Shown piece after piece: positions 13,394 to 27,638 of a DNA stretch of 64,000 bases. The translations under genes and the position numbers were made by a program. Location of the stretch: positions 5,385,902-5,449,901 of the forward strand of contig MU053652.1 in NCBI GenBank assembly GCA_013239625.1. The letters run 5' to 3'. The notes beneath the pieces were generated by a model. The model was not told where the DNA came from and made no database searches. It saw only the letters and a list, made by a program, of their open reading frames with translations. This DNA is from Lama guanicoe (taxonomy: Eukaryota). The stretch's first letter is position 1. Each line of letters begins with the position of its first letter.

Positions 13394-13638
13394 TTGGGAG
13401 TTTGGGATTGGCTGATATCAATTACTATGTACAGAGTAGATAAATAACTAGGTCTTACTGTATAGCACATGGAACTATATTCAGTGGCTTGTGGTAACCT
13501 ATAATGAAAAATAAAATGAAAAGGAATATTTATATATGTATAACTCAGTCACTATGCTATATACCAGAAGCTAATACAACACTGTAAATCAAAAAGTAAA
13601 GTTAAAAAAGATTTTTAAAATTTAAAAAATTTAAAAAG
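13394..13638 (+). mobile_element. L1 3'-UTR end directly fused to the SINE
   Basis: Typical laurasiatherian L1 3' end motifs (GGGAGTTTGGGATT, TACTGTATAGCACA, ACAACACTGTAAATCAA) followed by an A-rich tail. Confidence 0.8.
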
Positions 13639-16600
13639 GAAAAGCTTACTGTTAGGTAGAGCATAACTTGTGTTGTTGATTTTGCCTATTATTTTAGATA
13701 TTTTAGATATATATTTCTTGCATATTTGAGGACTGTGTATTCAGGTGCTCTGCTCTTTCTGTTTTTGGAAGCATCTGCTTCCATAACTTTTGACATTAAC
13801 TTTTTATTTGAGAAGTAAAAAATAAAACTAATAAACTAGGGCCAAAAGAAAATTGTTGAATGTACAGCTAAGAAATGGAAAGCACTCACTATCTGTCACT
13901 AACCTGCTTTTCTAAAATACAATGAGAAAATGTAGAAACATACTGCAGCATTGTGCTCAAGCAAATGCAAAGGGTTGGGAGTTAGTACAACATGTTCAGA
14001 AGACCTGAGAGATGGCTCACAGGGAGAAGGGTGCTGGCATTGAAGAAAGGTGAGGGAAAGCTGGGTAACAAGGTCGGACCAGATCATAAGAACCATAGGT
14101 GTCATGCTGAAGAGTTTGAAATTCTTTCTCTAGATAAGTGGTAGCTCTGCAGAATACGGATTTAGAAAAGTGATCTAATGAGAATAACAAAAATTATTTT
14201 GCTGATAGTCTTGGGTCTCTCTATTCATAGCAAGGCTGTGAAGGGTCCTTATCTTAGTGTTTGAGATACTCCTTTCCCCTCCAGACTACTTGTGTTTGCT
14301 CCATTGAGTTTGAATAAATAAAGCAAACAGAATAATCCAATCATGGCTCAAGCAAAAGAAGACTTAATGCTTTTAACCAAAAGACTGCCTGTTCCAGCCA
14401 AAAATATTATGGAGGCCAGCAAAAATGAGTTCTCTTGGTGGTGGCTTCAGTGGACTGTCAGTGTCTGGGCCTTTATCTCTCCAGTCCTATCATAACTTCA
14501 TGATCCTGATGAATTGGCATCCATTCTTAGTGTTCATCCAAGGAAGGACATGGAAGCATCCATGGGTTACAAGCAGCCCTAAGACCTAAGGTCTGCCCTC
14601 CATTTCCCTAAGATTGATCAGGCTTGGTGGTGAGGACGTGGCTGTTTGTGGGAAACACCAGTCTTGCTTCCAGCCCAAATTAGATGGTTAAGTTCCTCAC
14701 TGTGGTCTGGGAAATTCCTTCTCACTGAGGGATGGGGACCATGGAGGGACCAGAATGAAGAGAGGGTTAGAGACAGACTAGTGGACACTGGGATGGGAGC
14801 AGAGAAGAGAGCATCCAGGTTTTATTTCGTTTAATGAAGGGAAATATTTGCGAAAGTGGAGATAATCTTTGGGCTCTTATACAGACTATAGAAGCATAGA
14901 TTATATATTTTCTTTAAAAGCCAAATAAACAATATAGCTTATTATATGCTTTTCAAGTAAAATAAATGTCATAGTATTTTCGAAGTCATTTCCAAATTCA
15001 TACACTTACATCACTTCATGTATTTTTAAAAAATTACAGTGATTTAAGAAAGCTTCCAAATTATTATGTGGAAAGTATTAATAAACTCTATCAGAAAATG
15101 AAAAAGAAATGGAAACAACTCTAAATGGGTTTGATATTCTGAAATAAAACAAACATCAATTAGGGATAAAAAAATTTAATGCAATTGGTTTGAAACAGTA
15201 ACAGAGTATATAGACTCTTGATCGCTATCCATTAAAAAAGGGTGAAAAAAGACATTCTGTTTATTTTCTGCTAGTCTGGAATCAGCCCTTACAACACTCT
15301 CACTGAGATGAACCTGTGGGACAGTTCACTGGCTTCCACTCCTGGTGCCCAACCCTCTACCCTTTTCTGCCTATAGTCTCCCAGTCCTTGCCTCTTCCTG
15401 TGTAGACATCATGACTTGACTGAGCTGTTAGCACTGTGGGGGAGGTTTTGCTTACAGTATTTTAATCAGCATGAATTCTATAATCAGTACAGCTCCCAGC
15501 ATTTGCCTCTGCCCAGCAGACTGGTATGTCCCAAACTCTGCTGCACGTTGGAATCTCCTGAGGATCTTTAAGAATCCTGATGCTTGGTTCCCATTCATGG
15601 ATTTTTTTGGCTTAACAGCTATGGGATGCAACCTGGATGCTGGGACTTTAGAAATTCCCAGATGCCTCTCAAGTGCAGAAGGATTTGGGCCCCACTGCAC
15701 CAGACTGTTATTCAAGGGCTCGCAGGGTAAGCCGCTGTCTGACTAAAAGGGAAGAGCATGAACCCATGCAAGTCACCGGTGCGAGGAGAATATGACCGTT
15801 AAACTGCTCAGTAGCATCTAAAGGCAAGTAGTAAGAGGTGTTCCAGCGACATCATTTAAATAATTTTTACTGCAGTTTTTTTCAGTTCTTAATTTTATTT
15901 AATACCATTATTCTTAGCTCCGGGCTAAATGCTTCCTCTTTCTTCGTGGCATTAATAACTTTTACATATTTTTGTAACTTTATCTCTTTACTCTCTCACC
16001 TCTTGGCAGGTTCTGCATATTTAATTTCTTGCTTTTTTTTTCAATAAATGAATCCCTGAAGGCTCCTATTTATATGCTTTGCTAGACCTCCTGTTCACCG
16101 GTTTCTTATGTCCCCAATTTGAACATTACCTGGGATTAGATGGTCTCAGCAAGCAGTGAGGAAAGGCAGTCTTGCCTCGACGCCCAGCCCAAATCAGCAC
16201 TGACCTGATTTTTACTTAGGTCACTGGAAACTAATCTCTAATTTGTTCTCCATTATCATTCCAAGATCTCCCCCATTTCTCCACTGCTGTTCCTCCTTGC
16301 CATTTGCTGCTTTCTAGGCTTCTCTATTATTGAATAGTTGTGCAGAAAAGAATTTCCCGAGTTACTGGATTGAATTTTTTCAAGATTTAAAAAATGTCCT
16401 CATTATTAATGAACTATGTGGCCAGTGCATGTCTGAGTTGGCCTGTTTTTGTAGCCCTCCCTATTGCTTTGCCAAGATACTATTTGAAATATGACTTCAT
16501 ATGCCTTGAACTTCCTTTTGGAAACTATTTATGTATTGAATAACGTCAGAACCAAAGCAACAATAGCCCGCATCACAATTGCCTTACATGGAGAAGTTTA

Positions 16601-16814
16601 GGGCTTTTTATTTTTTCACACACTATTCTACTTAATGCCTGCATTTCTTTTACTTACTTTTTCTGATTATAAAAATAATAAGTGATAATTAATAAAAATT
16701 TGAAATTACAGAATAATATTTTTTAAATTGAGAGGGAAATCACCTATAATTATGCTGATATATCTACTGTCAATATTTTGGTATGTTTCTTCTTAGTCTT
16801 TTTCTATATATATT

Positions 16815-17800
16815 TTTTCAAGTTTTTATGATAAAAATTTTAAGCATATAGAAAAAAATGAAAGGCTAGCACAAGGAACCATATACCTACCACCTAGATT
16901 CAACAATTATTAGGATTTGCCTTAAATAATTCCTTTCTCTGTCTCTGGATCTGTTTGTCTCTCTGTAAATCTGTCCATCTCTCTCTCTCTCTGTTTCCCT
17001 TTTATGAGAATGAGCCATGCTTCTTTACTTTCCAAAATATAAAACTTTCTCATATGTAACAACCATAACATCATCTTGATAACTAATAATAGTTACCAAA
17101 TATAGCCTAATACTCAATCTGTATTTAAAATGTCCTCAGTTTCCCCTAGATGGGGCTTATAATTGCTTGGTTTTGCAAACCAGGATAGAGTCAAGGGTGG
17201 CATCTGGGTTGTTACGTTTCTTTAGTCCCTTCTCATGACATCACCTTTGGAAGAGCCCAGTCTTGTAGAGTGCCTCGGATTTTGGTGGGTGAGCATTTCT
17301 TCCGAGTGCCATTTAACCTGTTCTGTGCTCTGTGTTCCCTACAAACTGGAGGTTAGATCTAAGGCCATGGCTAACACTTTTGGCAAGACTGTTTCATAGG
17401 TGATGCTGTGCAGCTCATATTAGTTCATGTCAAGAGGCGTATAATACCAGGTGGTCTCACTAGAAGCCATGCTATCTGATTCCCTAATTAAAGTGGTGCA
17501 GCCGCATCCTTCCATTTCCCCCTCTTTGTGATTGGTGAGTAATCTGTGGAGTGAAATTTTGGCGCTTTTAAATACTATATATTCCCCCATCATCTTTCAC
17601 CTAATGGTGTTAGCATTCACTGAGTCTTGCCAGAATTAATGACTTCATTGGGGATTGCCAAATGGTGATTTTCCAATTCTATTCTTTCTCTATTTATTAT
17701 ATTACTCTCTATAGAAGAACTTACCCTCATAAATTTTTTTCTTCTAAAAAGACAAAGTAAGTGCCTAATGATTTTCTTTATTGATTGATTTTCAGAGTAA
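16815..17800 (-). mobile_element. Old L1 (L1MC-like) 3' region
   Basis: AAAATTTTAAGCATATAGAAAA, TACCCACCACCTAGATTCAACA, GGGATTGCCAAATGGTGATTTTC motifs. Confidence 0.6.
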
Positions 17801-20800
17801 ATACTTAGTGTAATATTTCATAGTTTTTTTGAGGCACAAAGTTGAGATCATAAGACATAAACAATTTCTCTACTTCTTTTTAGCTGGTATACTAGTATCC
17901 TGGAGTTAGTATTTTCTCTAATGATTTGTAAATATCTCCTCTAATTGCTATGTATAATCCTTCTGTATAGTTGAATCAAAACTCTATTAAATATTTAGAC
18001 TGTTTCCACTTTTTCAATGGTGACGAATAATGGTTTGCGACATTCTTTGCCTGAAATTTTGCTTAAAGGCTGGATTATTTCTTCATGATAGAGTCTGTTG
18101 TTTTCAAACCCAAATTAAGCACGTGACTTGTAGAACATGTTGGTCAGTGAGTGGCTTATAGATATATAATGGACCTTAGTTAAAAGCTGCCTCCCTCCCC
18201 TTAGATCTAATGCTCATCTGGTGCTGTAGTTTGCCTCATGCTACCTTGTCTTTCACCTCATTTCTAGAGTCTGTGTTCTTTTCTCAATTATCTATAAACC
18301 CTTTGAGGGCCGACATTGTGTTTCATTTCTCTGTGTATCCCTAACATGATGCGTTATGCTTTACTCATCATAGACTTTGAAGAAGTGTTTGTTGATGCTG
18401 GTGATTTCATGATATTTTGCCTTATTGTGGAAAACTTAGTAGCTTTAAAGGATTAGTACTGTCTTTGATTTCGGAGGCTTAATGTCTAATTGAAGGCTCA
18501 TTTTGGTCTATTCCTTGTATTAAAAAGCACCGTCATTTTGTGTGTGACATATGGGATTGGCGAGGGTGCTGCTGGGTTTCCTAAATTACTCCTGTATCCG
18601 GAATAAGATATTGTTAACCTTGGTGGAAATGATTATTTTATTTTAATGCAAAAGCTACTGCATCTTCAGTGGCGTGCATCTGAGAGGCCCTGGGTGTGGA
18701 CCAATTGGTGAGAAACGTGGCTGGATGCCCTCCCCATCGTGTGGCAGTATCTTCTCCTGGGAAGATTCATTGACAGACGAGTCTATATAACACAGGTGAA
18801 CTTTTGTCCTGGGACACCCATGTTAGGGGAGATAAAACCTCTATTACCCACAATGGTTGTTATTTATTTGGTATTGCTAGTCATCACGATGGCCCTCAAA
18901 CTGCTACTTTTCAAGGGCTTATTTTCATGAATGGCAGCTTATCAGGGACAAAACTTGTTCTTGGAGGATTCTTTGGTTTTATTTCAATAGCATTAAAGTT
19001 GATATTTAATTCAACATTATTACTTATAATCTATTAAATAATCTTCCTTGGTTGTTCTTCATATATGTTCTGGGTTTTTTTTAAATTGAGTCATAGTCAG
19101 TTAACAATGTTGTGTCAATCACATTTTTTTTTTAAGTTCACAGTTTGAATTTTTTTTTTTAGTTCAAACATTTTCTCTTCAGGAATATTTGGATCTGGAA
19201 GTATGTTTTTTAAACTAATACAGATAGATGAACAGAATTATTCCTCTTTATGAGCAAACTGTATCTCTGTTGCATAGACCACAGAATAAACTTTGAAACA
19301 CATGATTACAGTTTCCTTTTCCATCATTTTGAAGGGGAGGGAGAATTTCTTTGATAGACTTCTCTATATTGAGGACAGGAATCATGTGTCTTATTAATAA
19401 AGTCAAATCTCCAGAGCCCAGTATAGGTCCTAGTAGGTGCTTAGTAAGTTTTTCTAGAGTCAAAGAATGAATTTTTCTTTGTTGCTGTTGGTAGGGTCTA
19501 ATAAGAGAACAAACAGAGTAAGTCCACTAGTCCCTAAATAACATAAAACTCTTTGCAGCTCTTAGAATAGATGATAGTAATGCTTCCTTATAATTTTTTA
19601 AAAAGCACTGTAATCTCTGTCTTTTGGACCAGCAAAATGGACACTGTCATTTTTCTTTACAAGGTGTTTTCAAAACACACACACACTCATACACACACAC
19701 AAACTTTATGGAAAAATATATCAAAATTGATTAGACTTCAGTATTTTCAGTGCTTTATAAGCATTAGTCCCATTCATCATCATAACATCCTTATAAAGTG
19801 AGTATTGTTACCTTCTGCACATGGGTGGGTAATGTCTGCAGTGGATGTGTTGAGTCTTCAGTGTCATAAAGGTTTCTCATTCTTCTCTTAACGAAAGCAG
19901 AATCCATCTGTACTTTTGATGGAATGCTATTTTTCATTGCACTTCTTAATTCTGGGAAATAGCAAACAGATTTTTAAAAGAGAATAGAAGGTAACCGAAG
20001 TATCCTCTGATGGACAAAGGTTTTAATTAGCAGAGGGAAGAACACAGTGAAATAGGAGAGACTAACCACTACATAGAAATTCTTCCTGTATTTGTACTTA
20101 ACCACCAACCACCCTGTTATTGTTAAACTCATTTCAAATTCCCACGTTAGTGGCCTAGACCTATTACTTTTGTTCTCCTCTAGTTGCCGTAAGAGCCAGA
20201 CTTCCCTAAGCACATGGTGCTGTCTGACTTCTCAAACCCAGGGTTGCTCTGGGACTGTGTCTTTCACCCATTCCACAAGGTCCACCTACTCCTACCTTCT
20301 AATACTCCATTTATCCCCAGGAAACTATGTGACCCTATATATACCTATGTGTACACCTGCATAGCTATCCATCTCTTTTGACCCTATCTCAGAATCCCTA
20401 TCTTACCCACCAACTGGCTTGAGGAAAGGATGTACCAGTGATTTTTGGAGACAGGTAGAATAGATGGCTGAAGTGCAAGAAAACTTTGTTTCCTTCTAGG
20501 ATTTTTTGTTTTAACCACCAGCCTCCACCCCTACCCTAGAAACTCAATATAGAAACTCCTCCCAGGCCTGGTAAAAAACCTTCCCAACAAAATCACCTGA
20601 AAAATACTGTGAGCTGATAAAAACCATGCAGTATGTAATTGAAGGGAGTGTATATGGCAGAGAGACCATGACCAGGATAAGTTCCTTAATTCTGAAGGCA
20701 TATACTATTTCTTTTGAATTTTACTCTTTCCACTCCAGTTTTTAGCTACTTCATGCTACTTGGGGCACTTGAATCAGCACAGAAAAAAATAAACATAATT

Positions 20801-22342
20801 ACTCTAAAATTTGATAGTCTCACTATTTTTTTATAATCCCTGTGATGGAGTTACTATTACTTCCATTTTATAGCTGAAAAATGTGGACTGCAAAGAAGTG
20901 ATTGATAGAATCAGTAAGTGGCAGAAATTGGACTTAATCCAGGGCTTTGACTCTGACTGTGTGCTTCCTTTACTAAACCATCGGGCAAAGACAACATCAC
21001 GGTATAGGGGAAGTGACAAAAATGAACACGAGGGGAAAAGACCATATTCAGGATTTCAAAAAGCTAGTTTAGCAGCATTACATACAGGGTCATTATTTGG
21101 GTAGAAAATTGTAGAGAAATAGAACGCCAAACTTTCTTCCAGCTCACTAGGTTGGTACAAGTCAGCCCTATAAAAGGCACTGCCTCATTGATTTCAGAAA
21201 TGACAGCTACAGCAGTAAGAACAGAGGCCCATAAAATTCACAGGAAGTACCTAAAGGAAATCTAAGTGAAAAACATTTTAAAATGAAAACAATAGATCTG
21301 TGTTAAGGAAAACACATCTTAAAGAATCAAAGTGAGGAAAATAAAAAAACTTCAACCCCAGTTACTGCAATAAAGAGTGAGTGGCTGAAATATGAATTCC
21401 TTTTCATTGCAATGTAACTGCCAATCAACCGAAGAGAGTAACAGCCCACGGAGCTGAGGACCATTAAGCACGACACTGGGTTATATATAGTGACTCTCTG
21501 TATTATAAAGATTTTCTCTATAGGTTCCAAAACATACTCTTTATTCAGAGTAGAAAACATTTCAACATTAAAAAAAACCTCTGTTACAATTAAAATAAAT
21601 CTATTTGGACTTTTTTTCCCCTAGAATAATTCCTAATTACCATTGCAATATAGTCAGTCCATCTGTCACACAGGAGAAAGAAAAAAAGAAAAATGATGGG
21701 GGAAAAAGTCTCTGTTCAATCTTGTTTATTGAAAATACATTTTACTGAAAATAAAAATCTTTCTTCACCTATGAATAGTGGATCCGGCTACAGACATTAT
21801 GAATGATGGATCTGTCTCAGGTTTAATGGAGCCTCATATGTTTATCTGAGCTTACCCTCATATTTAAAAAAAATATCAGTACAAAAATATAAAGACAAGA
21901 ATAAAATTCATCCATTATTCCTCTGCCCAGAGAGAAGCGCTTTTAACATTTTGGTATGTTCCTCGTTTGGATTTCAGAATGCTATGTGGAATAGCTTATG
22001 CTTTAAGAGGATCTTTTCATAGAAATGATACTTTTATCTTAAGAGAGTGGGAAATCAAAACTTTGACAAAAGATTAAAGTGCCAATTATTTGTAATTAGA
22101 CAATCATTTAATGAGGAGCTTGTTCTCTCTCAATGCTTACAGCCTCTAGGTATTAAAAGGTACCCAAGAGGCTAAAATACAGGGGTCACTTCAATTGATG
22201 GTGTTGAGTCTTTGACAGAACATGATTTTGTAATCGGCTTGGGTCATTCTGACAACTCTCCCTTTTAAATAATTTTGCTGATTAGAGATTTTCAAGTTTA
22301 GTATTTAAAGACTTTTTCAAGATTTAAAAAGATTTATTATAG

Positions 22343-22460
22343 AGCAGTGGTTGTAAAACATATGTACACATCCATATTACCTGGGTGGCTTATTAAAACA
22401 GAGATTTTCAAGTTTCTGAGTCAGTATGTCTGGAGTGGGGCTTGAGATTTGCATTTCTTT
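22343..22460. mobile_element. MER5-like fragment
   Basis: GCAGTGGTT...TTCTGAGTCAGTATGTCTGGAGTGGGGC...TTTGCATTTCT; the right half is missing. Confidence 0.55.
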
Positions 22461-22668
22461 TGTTTAATGTATATATGTATTTTTTTTTATTGAAGTATAG
22501 TCAGTTTATAATGTTGTGTCACAGCAGGCACTCAATACTGCTGGTTCCTATTACTATACATACAATGATAAGTTTGGACTAGATAATTGATACTTGGGCA
22601 CTTAATTGATGCTTTGGGCACAATGCTATGATTTTAAGTAAAATCTATAGTCGAAAAATAATGATGGC

Positions 22669-23047
22669 TGTATTAGTCTGCCGGGCGGGGCTGGTGTAAC
22701 AAAGTACCACAGAATGGATGGTTCAAACAGCAGGAATTAATTTTCTCAGTTCTGGAGGCCAGAAGTCTGAGTTCAGGGTGTCAATAAGGTTGGTTTCTTC
22801 TGAGGCCTTTCTCTCTGTCTTGCTGTTGGCTGTCCTCTCCCTGTGTCTTCATGTGGTTTTTGTTTTTCTCTGTGTTTGTGTCCAAATTTCCTCTTATAAG
22901 GACACCAGTCATGTTGGACCGGAGCCCACCCTAATGACCTCATCTTAACTTAATTACCTCTTTAAAGACCCTGTCTCCAAATACAGTCACATTCTTAGGT
23001 GTCTAGAGTTACTTGAATTTTGACGGGAAACAGTTCACCTCATAACA
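22669..23047 (-). mobile_element. ERVL-MaLR solo LTR (MLT1A-like)
   Basis: TG...CA termini, perfect 5-bp TSD atggc (22664-22668 and 23048-23052), CAGTTCTGGAGGCCAGAAGTC motif. Confidence 0.9.
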
Positions 23048-25799
23048 ATGGCTAAGTGTGCAGTTTGGGCCTTTTTTCCCTACTGTGTTTGATGAAGGAT
23101 TATGATGAAGTTATCCTTAATTTTGAGTTTCCATGTTCTGCTTCCGTCAGTCATTTCACCATGAACCTTTGGGTTGCCGAAAACAAAAAGCAAAAGAAAC
23201 CAAAACACCACAACCATCATCACCACTGAAACCCAGAGGCAAGCAGTGACATCAGTAATGTCAAACAAAATAATTCTCCAACCATCTGATGTGAGAATGT
23301 ACATTTTAAATGCTTGCGGATTTACCCCGTCTTGTTGTCTAAGAATTACTGGCCTGGCTCCATCAGATCTAGCAAAAGCTAGAATGGTGTTAATATTGGT
23401 TGTGACTTTGTATTTTGTGCTGACATATGTCTCAGGGCTGATAGCCTTACTTTCTGCAAATGAATACTGATCACCCACAAATTAAATACATTAGTGACAA
23501 GAAACAGTTTGCACATTCCATGTTTTCTGCTATGGGGGCATCCATTAACTGATAAATTAATGCCCTCATGGGCAGTTGCCTGGCAGAACTCTGAGATCCC
23601 GTGGACCTCTTGTTTCTACCTCATGCTCTTAATTCATGACACACTAATGATTTCCATCCAGATCAGTAAGTGTACTTGTTAAAATGTCTTTAAACATTTA
23701 GGTCTAATAGCAAACCAATACTTTTGTCATTGGAATTGTAATGAATAAGTCAGCTTATCATGGCTCAGGGACTATTTCAGTGAGGAAGTTCTAGGTGTAA
23801 AAGAGATCGTGTTTAAATAAACTTAGTGCTTGGGATGTACTTGGTGCTCAATCAATGTCAATTTATGATTCATTTTGTCAAAAAGTTTCAATTCATTATG
23901 GGTATAAACATGGTATGATTTTACCTTCTTGAGTTATGCTCTGTCTCTAGGGAATGGGCTCCTTTGAGACATTTTGGTGCAATTCCACACCTTTAAGGAC
24001 ATGCAATTATTAGAATGGTTTATCAACCATGTTTTAAGGCTCAGTGCTATCCATTTTAAAATATTAAACTCGTACTTGGCCCAAATCTCCAGCCACACCC
24101 ATGCCCATACAGGTAAGACTTTTGGCTGCTTGCTACTGGTAGAGATAGTGGGTAAGGGGAATAGAGGTGATTGTTGGTGGTAGAAGCTGGAGCAGTGGTT
24201 TGTAGCCTGGTGGACTGGAATGGGCAGAGAACATACAGTGGATGCTGTTGGAGGCACCATCCCTTACCTCTGCCTTCTCACTTCTTCCCCTATGGTGCTG
24301 GGGTGGGAAGCAGGTAGGAAAGGCAGGGGCAGAGGTCTTCTTGTAGAATGGCCTATAATGAGGTAGCAGCTACTACTCTGCTGATGGTGACTGGCACTTG
24401 TACATTTGCATTTTGCAGTAGCTACCCAGTGCTGTTCTCTCTGCGGTGTGTTTGTTGATTCTCTGATGGGTGCTGAGAGGGGCTTCCTCTTTGCACAGTT
24501 GCTAGTGTGGGGGACCTGGCTTGGACTCCACAGCTACCTTTGCCACAGCCCCAGCCACTTCACTTGGGGTCCACATCACTTGGAGTTAATCAGCTGTTGG
24601 ATAATTGTTCAGTGCGGTTAAAGTAAGATAGCTCAGGCACATAGACCCCTTCAGCAGTGTCATCTCGACCCACAGACACTCATGCATCGTCGTTGCTCCA
24701 AACAGTGGAAATGTGGGTTGCCTCTCCTGGACTAACCTTCTCTCAGACCTAGCATCATTCTCTGAAGTGGCATCAGGCACTTGGCCAATCTAGTCCTTGG
24801 CCTACTCTTAGATGAGACAATCTGTAGCCCCCAGTGTAGTTAAAGAAGAGAGTTTGGGGATCCTCGATCTTCCTGATCGCCTTTCTTTGGCTTTCAGGAT
24901 GTAAAGGAAGAGAGTAGCCTACTCTGAATAAAACTGTAGCCTCCCAAATTGTGACCTCATCTCTTCAAGTTCTTCCCTCTTGTGACCTTCCAGCCCAGCA
25001 GCTCCCACAAGCCCCATGGGATGCCGCCTTCCCCTCAACAGCTGTCGCTTTGACTCAGAATGTGGACCTTTTCTTTCATCTCTGCATCTTAGTTGCCAGT
25101 TCTGTGTCTCAGAACCTAAAGCCATACGGTCGCTTTAGTTTTGTTTCCCTAAGTGGAAATAAGAAGTGAAAGGGTTGGATTGCATGGCTTTGCACATCCC
25201 ATCTAACTCAGATCTGAAAGTCACTTGATAAAGAAGGGGGCTTACATCTCAAGAAATAGCTGTGCAAAGGAAAGTGTAACACTAGATTTTATAAGGCTGG
25301 GACTACAAGTGCATTAGGTAATGCTCCAGACACCCCCAGAGGAGGTGGCTGCTTAAAGAACAGTTCTTCGTTCACTGGGTGCTTTAATCTGAGATCTACC
25401 TTGTCCCTCATCTTTACAACATATTGCAAGGAGAGTGTAATCAATTCTATCTGTCCCATGGATGAAGAAACTGAAGTACAGAGAAGGCAAGTCTTTGTCC
25501 AGATTATGCAAAACCTCCGAAGTAACAATGTTCAGGACTTGCACACACATATTCTCATTTTAACATATGTATTATGTGTTACAGTTTATGCAATACTTTT
25601 ACTGAATGTGTCAGGGTGGCCTAAACTGTGGTAAAAAGTAGACCTAAGCCTGAACTCAACTCAACACAGTAGAAGTTTCTTCCTCTCTCACATGACGGCT
25701 CTGGGAGGTTGTGCAGGTCAGTGGGTGACTCTCCTTCGTGGTCTCATGAGGGCTACACTTATCTGTGGCTCTGCTGTTTTTTAGCAGGATTCTTTTTAA

Positions 25800-26090
25800 A
25801 AGTCAGGTTTGTTTAGGTATAATTTACATATGGTGAATTTCTCCCTTTTTGGAGGTACGATTCAGTGAGTTTTGGCGAATATGCACAGTTGTGTAACTGC
25901 CGTCCCATTTGAGATCTAGAATGTTTCCATCAGTACAAAAGTACCCTTGTGTCCCCTTTGTAGCCAGTCTCCTTCCCTCCCCCACTGATGTCTGTCCCTA
26001 TAAGTCAGCCTTTTCCAGAATGTCATATGGATGGAATCACGTAGTAAATAGCCTTTTGTGTCTAGATTTTTTTTTTCTCCTTAGCATAAT
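25800..26090 (-). mobile_element. L1 (L1MB-like) 3' end
   Basis: GGTATAATTTACATA...TTTTCCAGAATGTCATATGGATGGAATCA...CTTAGCATAAT motifs. Confidence 0.7.
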
Positions 26091-26095
26091 CCTAC

Positions 26096-26569
26096 CAGGG
26101 TCCTAAATTTTTTGTGCCATGGACCGCTTAGTCAGTCTGGTCAAGCCTCTGAACTTCATTATGTATGTAAACTACATAATGAACATTATGTTGAAACATG
26201 GTTATGAAAGTACTTAAAAGAACTAATTTGTGATACAGTAATATATGTGCTTTTAATTAATGCATTAAATAAGAAGATCTAGCAGTGGATCTAATAACTA
26301 TTATAATGTCAAAGTAGTGATAAGCATACATAGTATTTGAGATTTATCCAACAGCTATACTATTGGTGACTTTTATTGGTGACAGCATCAGTAACTGCTC
26401 ATAGTACTATGCTTTGTTGCCCCTACTAATAATGAAAGGAAATGCAACATTTCAAATAGGGGTTAGTGAAAATAAAGATTTCAAGGCTTTCCTCATCTAA
26501 ATCGCAGACTCTCCAAATTCTATCTGCAGATCCTTGGGGGCTCCATGTACCCCAGGTTAAGAATTCCCG
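26096..26569. mobile_element. hAT-Charlie non-autonomous DNA transposon (MER119-like)
   Basis: Begins CAGGGTCCTAAATTTTTTGTGCCATGGAC and ends CCCCAGGTTAAGAATTCCCG, degenerate hAT termini. Confidence 0.65.
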
Positions 26570-27559
26570 CCTCTAGGCCTCACCATCCTTTACAACCAGC
26601 CTGCAGGAAGGGAAGGGTGTAAAGAAGGAGCTGTGGGAGATTTTCGGGGCCTGGCCTGGGAGTGGCATACGGGACTTCGACTCACAGTCTGAGAATTTAG
26701 TCAGATGGCTCCACCTATCTGTGAGAGAGACAAGGAAACTCAGGCTAGCTGTGTACCCCGAGATGAGCCTGATGGATTTTGGTGGCTACTTTGCATCTCT
26801 GTCACACTTATTTAATTTAACCTGTATAGGATACCACCTTATACAATACCATCATAAATGCTAAGAGCATGGTTTTGAAACATTTACTAATAATCTCATT
26901 TAGTTAGTAAATCAGAAAGTCAGGACACAAATCTGGATCTTTTTATCCCAAATCCCACACTGCACGATGTCTTGGTGTCCTTATGATGCCATAAGGACCA
27001 CTACAAAGATCTACTTGCATGAAAATATTGCTCCCTTTTCTGTGGGGCCACTGCATCTGGGGTTTAACGCTCTGTGGCTACTGTCTTGAAACTCTAGTAA
27101 TTTTATCTTCGAATTTGTGGTTTGTAAGAGAACTCTGGAGGGACAATGAAACATTCTCTGGGGATGTGGAGCCTTGGCTCACACACAGTGCCCCCCGCCC
27201 CCGCCTTCCCTGGACAGGTTCTTGGTTGCCTGCTCCCTGCCCCCTGGTGCCCTAGGCCTGCTTTGCCTCCTCCTCCCCACTCTCACCCCATGATCACTGC
27301 CACCCTCTGCCTGTTCTGGCAACCAGGTCTCCGCAGCACAGAGAGAAAACCTGCATTCTGTTGCTCTCTTCTGCCTCTGGCGGCAGCCTGGATGCAGATG
27401 CAAGGAGGGTCAGCATCTGGCGTATGCCCTGTGGTGTTCTGGGCAGGCAGCACCCTGTACATTTGGCAGGTGACTTGGAGGGGCCCTCTGGAACATCCCC
27501 AGTCCAGGCACTGAGCATGTACCGGCGTGGAGGTTACAATCCTTTAGAGCTTGCCTGTC

Positions 27560-27638
27560 CCCTGTGGGTTGGGGCACTGGTTCAGGGCCCTGTATTTTCA
27601 TTTTGCACTGGACCCTGCAAAGTACATAGTTATCCCTG
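27560..27638. mobile_element. MER45-like DNA transposon terminal fragment
   Basis: TTTTCATTTTGCACTGGACCCTGCAAA...CCCTG resembles the MER45 end. Confidence 0.5.

Noticed and set aside
23080..23478. Overlapping 132-aa and 98-aa ORFs next to the MLT1 LTR
   Set aside because: No recognisable homology, non-ATG starts, and no splice support.
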